A stretch of DNA of 64,000 bases, taken from positions 310,001 to 374,000 of the forward strand of contig JAQGDQ010000019.1 of NCBI GenBank assembly GCA_030141605.1, written 5' to 3'. The stretch comes from Tubiluchus corallicola (lineage: Eukaryota; Animalia; Priapulida). A program made the translations under genes and the position numbers. The notes below the pieces were generated by a model that made no database searches, was not told the DNA's origin, and was given only the letters and a program-made list of their open reading frames with translations. Numbering within the stretch: position 1 is the stretch's first letter; every line of letters starts with the position of its first letter. This document shows positions 58,441-64,000 of the stretch, piece by piece.

Positions 58441-61400
58441 TCATCTTGGCACAGCTACAATTTTAAATGAACGAGGAATGAATGTCATTCCAAATTCAAA
58501 GTCATCTGGATTTGGCATCGGTGCTCCTTCTGGGAGGCCAATATTGAATCGTTGTAAAAAAATGACTGTCAGCAAAAATAGTTCCATCTTACCCAATGCT
58601 TCTCCAATACAATTTCGGCGACCTGTAGACAAAAAATTTAATTTTTAGCAAACTGTCGAGTGATCTTATTATAAGAAGTACACATTTGTCATGACAACAC
58701 ACACCATTTATACTACACCCACCAACACCAAGTTATGCTGAAGAAGAATGACTCGAACATTCCTGGTGGTAATATCATCAAGCCAATGTGTCTTATGTCA
58801 CTGTTTAAATATCTATACGTTTCAGTAGTTGCTTAAAAAATAACATACAAAACATAGTGATTAGCTAGAAATCAGCTGCTGCACTTGGTGTGCTAGTATT
58901 TCAATATCATTGTTATCAAGTTGACTATTGTATTTTATGCAATGTATTTTGTTAAATTGCTACTAGTGCATCTTATAAGTTTGCCCAACTTCACTTTTCT
59001 GTGCTGTTTGATTCTTGGAAGTACCTTAGTTGCCATTATTGCCATTTACAGGGCATGTGAATGGCCCAGTAGTCATGGTTTCATGTTTATGGAGCAGCCT
59101 TAAGAATGATGCCTAGACTACTCACTGAGCAGATGGGTGAACCACTTGATCCTCACTATGTGCAGTTTCATTTCTCGTTCTGATTTTGGCTTTTTACCTA
59201 TTAGGGAGGGATGTACACATGGAAACTGTTCGCTGGTTCATATAAGAAGCATGGCTTTGAGAGAGAGTCAGATTCCGGCCTTGCTATGACCAAGTGGTTT
59301 GAATAAGATGTGCCACTGACTGCTAGTTTCAAGCTTACTGTTTTCTGAAATGTATACAAAAAATTACCTATGGAGAATGGCACGAATCCATCGTTCTTAA
59401 GGCTGAGCTGTCCGTCTTTGTCCAACCACCGTTCAGGCTTGATTGTTTTTGGTTCAGGCCAGTGCTTTGGATCCTCATGGATGTTGTAGAAATTGGCAAA
59501 AATAGTTGATCCTGCGGGTATTTGGTAACCATTTATTTTAATGTCTTTTGTAGCTTGACGACGAAAAGCAAATAGCCCAATGTTAGCCACTCTCTACAAT
59601 AACAGAATACTTCTCAATGTTTTGTGCATATAGAAATATTTCTAATGTGTTTTTAGGAATCTAGGGCATGTTATTGGCAGAACGATTGATACAGAAATTT
59701 CGTATGCGACAGTACATGTAATTACAAAAATTATGTTTCAGTGTAAAAAAATTCTTTGTCGCTCTTCATTTTTCTTGCCACTAGATGGCGCTACATGTTT
59801 CTTTAATACTGATTTCTCAACTGATAATTTGCTCAGTGTATTGCGGTGTGCTAAATTAGTAAACTAATAGAAGCAAATAATGCTTTTAATTAAATAATAA
59901 AGAATGAGGTTGAGAACTATTACTGCTTAAATAAAAATACTATATTCAGATGGGCGTCTGTTCAGTGTCCACACAAATGTCACAGTTCTCATTCTGACAG
60001 CTGCATGCATGAGTTTCTTAAGTTACTTCAGGCTTTTTATACAGCTTGTCAAGTTTCAAATGAAACGAAACAAAAGCAAAAATAGTTTTAATAATTAAAT
60101 AAAGCTCTTGTTGTGAATGTGAAGGTTGTGGCCAGAAAAAAGAGGCTGTCGTGCGCATTTATTAGAAGTTAATTTTCTCTTTAATTCCTGGATACCTCAA
60201 ACTTTGGAAGTTGGGTAACGAATAAGTCTAATGCAAGTCTAATATTTTTACCTGCGCGTCATAACAGAACGCTTCCGTATAAGGCATATGTTTTCTGTCG
60301 TCATATGAGGGTGCGCGATCCTTACCAAGCACGTCATCAATTTCCTCTTGTATTTTTCTCTGTAGTTCTTGCCTCATTGCAAGATGTAATAGGTACCAGG
60401 TAAAGGTTGTTGAAACTGTCTCAATGCCAGCCACCAGCAAATCGAACAGAGTCTTGTAAAATTCATCATCTATTCAAAAGAAAGGTGAAGACGACATACC
60501 AACAAGAATGCAAACTAAACTTGTAACATAACCAGTAATGGAAAGAATAGTTGCTCTTTCGCTATAAATCCATTTAACATAAACTGAACGTCTTTGTACT
60601 GTTTTTGTTTGTTTGTAAATTGCATATGAAATCATCATCTTTTATCGCTAATTCACACTAAGAAAGTCGTGGAGCTTTTTGCACACACCTTTCTTAGTGT
60701 CCGAATTGCACGAATGCTAATTAACGAGAAAACGTTTTAATTTATTGTATGAATTGTGCGCGACGCGCAGTATAATGCATGCGATTAGTTCAAGCCTAAG
60801 TCATAACATTAACGTTAAGGGTTATAACTATATAATTGTATATCAGGAGGCGCAAAGATTTAATCACAATATTATAAGAATATAACGAAATCAATTGAAA
60901 ATGGCCGCACTGATGTTACGAACACTTATGTATGAACACCAAAATGTTCAAGTCATTCCCTTAGATTTTTCCAAAAGTACTGAAGCTTTAAAACAACAAG
61001 TTAAAAAAATAAATGCCAGGAAAACATTGTGTGTCAGTCACTATTGCTAAAATTTACAGCAAGTGCTCTATGTGTCCACTACTTTCACTGCAAATTAGAC
61101 GACGAATTTTCCTCCAACAGCTGTTACAGTTAATTTCTCACTTTTTAGAGATGTATTTTGTCCCAGCACTTAACAAGTTTTCCATTTAGTTGCTCTGCAT
61201 CACACGACTGCGTGTGGCCTCTGAACACTTTCTCTTTAAGGGAATTCCAAACACCGTAATCTACAGGAATATGTCCAAATTTTTTCTTGGCAGCAAATCT
61301 TTATCAGTGGTTTATTATCTCTGACGATGACTATGATCTAAACTGGTTGATTCGTTTTATTGTTTTGCTCCACATATTCAGTGCTTTGTACGTCACTGAA

Positions 61401-63941
61401 CGTGGCTGTTTTTCAGTTGATTAGCTGACATTATTTGGATATTTCAGATATGACTGCAATACATTTCAAATGTGTACTCGAATAAACTATTACACCTACG
61501 TAGAACATGCATAGATTTAGTTAGAAATTTCTCGCATGTTGAAAAGCGTCTCTGGTTTTTTGACACAGTTTTTTATTAATGAAACATTAACCGGTTGAAG
61601 GATTCAACACCCGACCGAGTCATACAAAAGATTTAAAAAGACTTAAAAACACGTGGCTTTATCGAAAACATGCGGGTATTAATAATAGGGACCATCTTGG
61701 AAGTAAGTATTGAGTTATTTGAATTGCGATCCCTGGACTATGTCTTAAACGAAATTATTATTATATTAAGAACGTCGTTGTTAACATGTCCAGATTAAGG
61801 TAAAATACTGCTTACCAGTAAATGTACTTTGCGAACCCAAAGCTTGTTGCTGTTGTTTCTGTTCACGTATGTAATCATCTATGTAGTCACGTGAACATGA
61901 GTTTTCATCGTAAGTTTTTCTATGTTCTTTCACTTGTTCTTCGCACCATTTGATTATGAACATAGCACCATTTAAAACCTGATCACACCTGAAAGTGAAC
62001 AGGTAATTTTCAGTTGTACTACGATCGTAGCAGCTGTCGCAAATATCGCACACCCTGCAAAATTTATTAATCGCGAATTTCTGATCGAAACTGAATAAAT
62101 TGGACATTGTACGCATTTTCGCTTATTGTGTAAGGGTTCTAAAAAGACTTAAGGCTTCTAAATCGTTCCCTAAACGAATTATGGCGTTTCCTTTCTAAAT
62201 CAGCTGTATACCTCTTTTTTAAACTTTCGCAAACAAGCATGAAATCCTTTTCATTACTTTTTCTGAATGATTATTAAAGCAATTAACGAATCAATTTATA
62301 TTCTAATCTAGATCTGACTGAGTTAATATGATGTTTCCCACCTTTCACAGTAATATAATATTTGAAATGCTGCTGAATAAACTAAATGATGCTAAACGTA
62401 CTTTTTTCTGACGAATGGAAAGATCTTTAATACAGGCATAAAAATCCCCGGATTCAGCTGATCGCCACCTTGAACACACATTTCATACAAGTTATCCATG
62501 AGTCTGTGAAACTCTTTATCATCAAAATCAAAATGCCTATTATAAACGATGCTAGTAATTACGTTAGCAGACACCCACTGAAGATACCTGCAAATAAAAA
62601 AGAAAATGTATATAGATATTGAACTGCTGGTGGCGCCTCACCACCTGGGGGTGGTTCGGGCCTGCAGGTACGGAGGCGGAGCAGCCTAATAATGATTTCC
62701 ACACGACCACATCTAAGCACAGTTGAATTAAACAATGAATATTGTTGCTTACTAACTTGAACGAGATTTAGATATTTAAAGGCCTAAACTAACTGTGACA
62801 AGACTTTGACAAATAAAAGAAAAACAGAACAAAGAAATAATGTGAAGAGACTGATATCTAACTTGCCATGTAGCGAGTAGCAGCAGAACTCTAAGCCTGG
62901 ATGAAAGAAACAAGTGCAAAAACCAGCAACTCTGCACAACCCAATTACCGCTGTAGCTCCAAAGAACAGCAGGTTTTTACCCTCCCTTTATAACCTTCCC
63001 CAAACTAGTGTATATGTCACAGACGGAGCCAAAATGAAACCTGGTTGGTTAAAAGCAAAAAGGTATGAAGATTTAGCCAATAAGAACCGAAATATTGTAG
63101 AAGAATAATTTAGAAGACTTAGGTTTGTACTACTGGTACTTTAAGGGTGACATGCAACACTACTTTGGTAACCATGCCATGCTTTGGAATAAAAGTAAAG
63201 GTTGTGCAGAGTGGGCCGCCCAAGCGCCTGCGCTATAATATTGTTATGGATATTAGTACTAAATATTAACTCGTTTATACAACAAATAATCTTTCGACCG
63301 CATGGGAAAGAAAAAGACTACTCAAGAACACAATTTATCACAACTAGCTCTTATTTGCAGTCTTCCGTTATGACAGTTACTTATATAGTCACACCAACGG
63401 GTCACACGAGGAAAATTTACCCTGATTTTTTCCAGTCAGCATCAGGCAACCCTAAAATACATCCAAACGTTGAGCCGCAGAATGTAACGCCTCATAATTA
63501 CTCAGATTCCGGTTCTGCCACAGCCTTTAACAATTGCATACTCTGTACCGTACCTAGAATACCGAACTATTTGTAAAAATCAGTTGCAAGCTGATTCCAC
63601 TTGTATTTAACATTGAGCGCTGGCCATACAAAACCTTCAAAATTTAATAGTTCTCGCAGTTACTCCATCCACGTACTTACAAAAGCCAGTGTTACTAATT
63701 ATTAACTAGATATGCTAAGTTATGCTAGTCAATACATATGCGTTCAGTGCATTACCCTGTGACAGTTACCTATTTGGTTTAAACGGTTGCTGTTTCAGCG
63801 ATTCTATCTGACAAATCGTGGCTTGCACTTCTGCTACAATCTTCTCTTCAATGATTTTAGATCCCATGCCAAAACCTCGAAGACTTTTGCCAGTGAATTT
63901 TCTTTGTTCTTTCCAAACTCTGCCGTTACTGTGAATAATGC
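58441..63941 (-). CDS. Cytochrome P450, CYP2 clan; last six exons, 5' part outside the window
   Basis: Exons (minus strand) 63941-63770, 62587-62402, 61988-61816, 60469-60252, 59593-59368, 58622-58441, phases consistent. WKEQRKF (WxxxR), AGIETVSTT (I-helix), PERW, FSIGRRNCIGE (heme-binding Cys). Confidence 0.95.
61054..61568 (-). mobile_element. Tc1/mariner-superfamily transposon remnant in a P450 intron
   Basis: Minus strand 61267-61054 reads PVDYGVWNSLKEKVF...LVKCWDKI...WRKIRRLIC..SGHIEHLL* across stops and frameshifts. A TIR-like ctgtgtcaaaaaacc lies at 61554-61568. Confidence 0.7.
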
Positions 63942-64000
63942 CTGCAAAATACATAAAATAATCATGGTATAGACGACTATAACATAATTATTATAAGAGG

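Noticed and set aside
62620-63640. Possible retroelement remnant or short ORFs in a P450 intron
   Set aside because: No motif could be read with confidence.

Overview
AT-rich, intron-rich animal (invertebrate-like) genomic DNA, not prokaryotic. I built four spliced genes by hand with GT-AG junctions and consistent phases. (1) HIRA, + strand, 22 coding exons, about 965 aa. (2) A G2E3/PHF7/pineapple-eye-like PHD/RING gene, - strand, 10 coding exons, about 1179 aa, with no HECT domain and a 2.5-kb low-complexity last exon. (3) A peroxisomal FMN-dependent 2-hydroxyacid oxidase (HAO1-like), + strand, 9 exons, about 366 aa, ending in SKL. (4) The 3' six exons of a CYP2-clan P450, - strand. Introns and intergenic DNA hold a young 5'-truncated CR1/L2-group LINE, older LINE fragments, an internally deleted P-superfamily transposon with both TIRs, a Tc1/mariner remnant, several MITEs and hairpins, a Helentron/HINE-like element, a long (GA)n tract, a GT-rich minisatellite and a perfect 254-bp tandem duplication. 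I found no clearly new multi-gene system. The best leads are the P450 DxxR K-helix, the C-terminus-only P element, the HECT-less G2E3 tail with a uORF-rich leader, and intronic hairpins. No database searches were run; family calls rest on recalled motifs.
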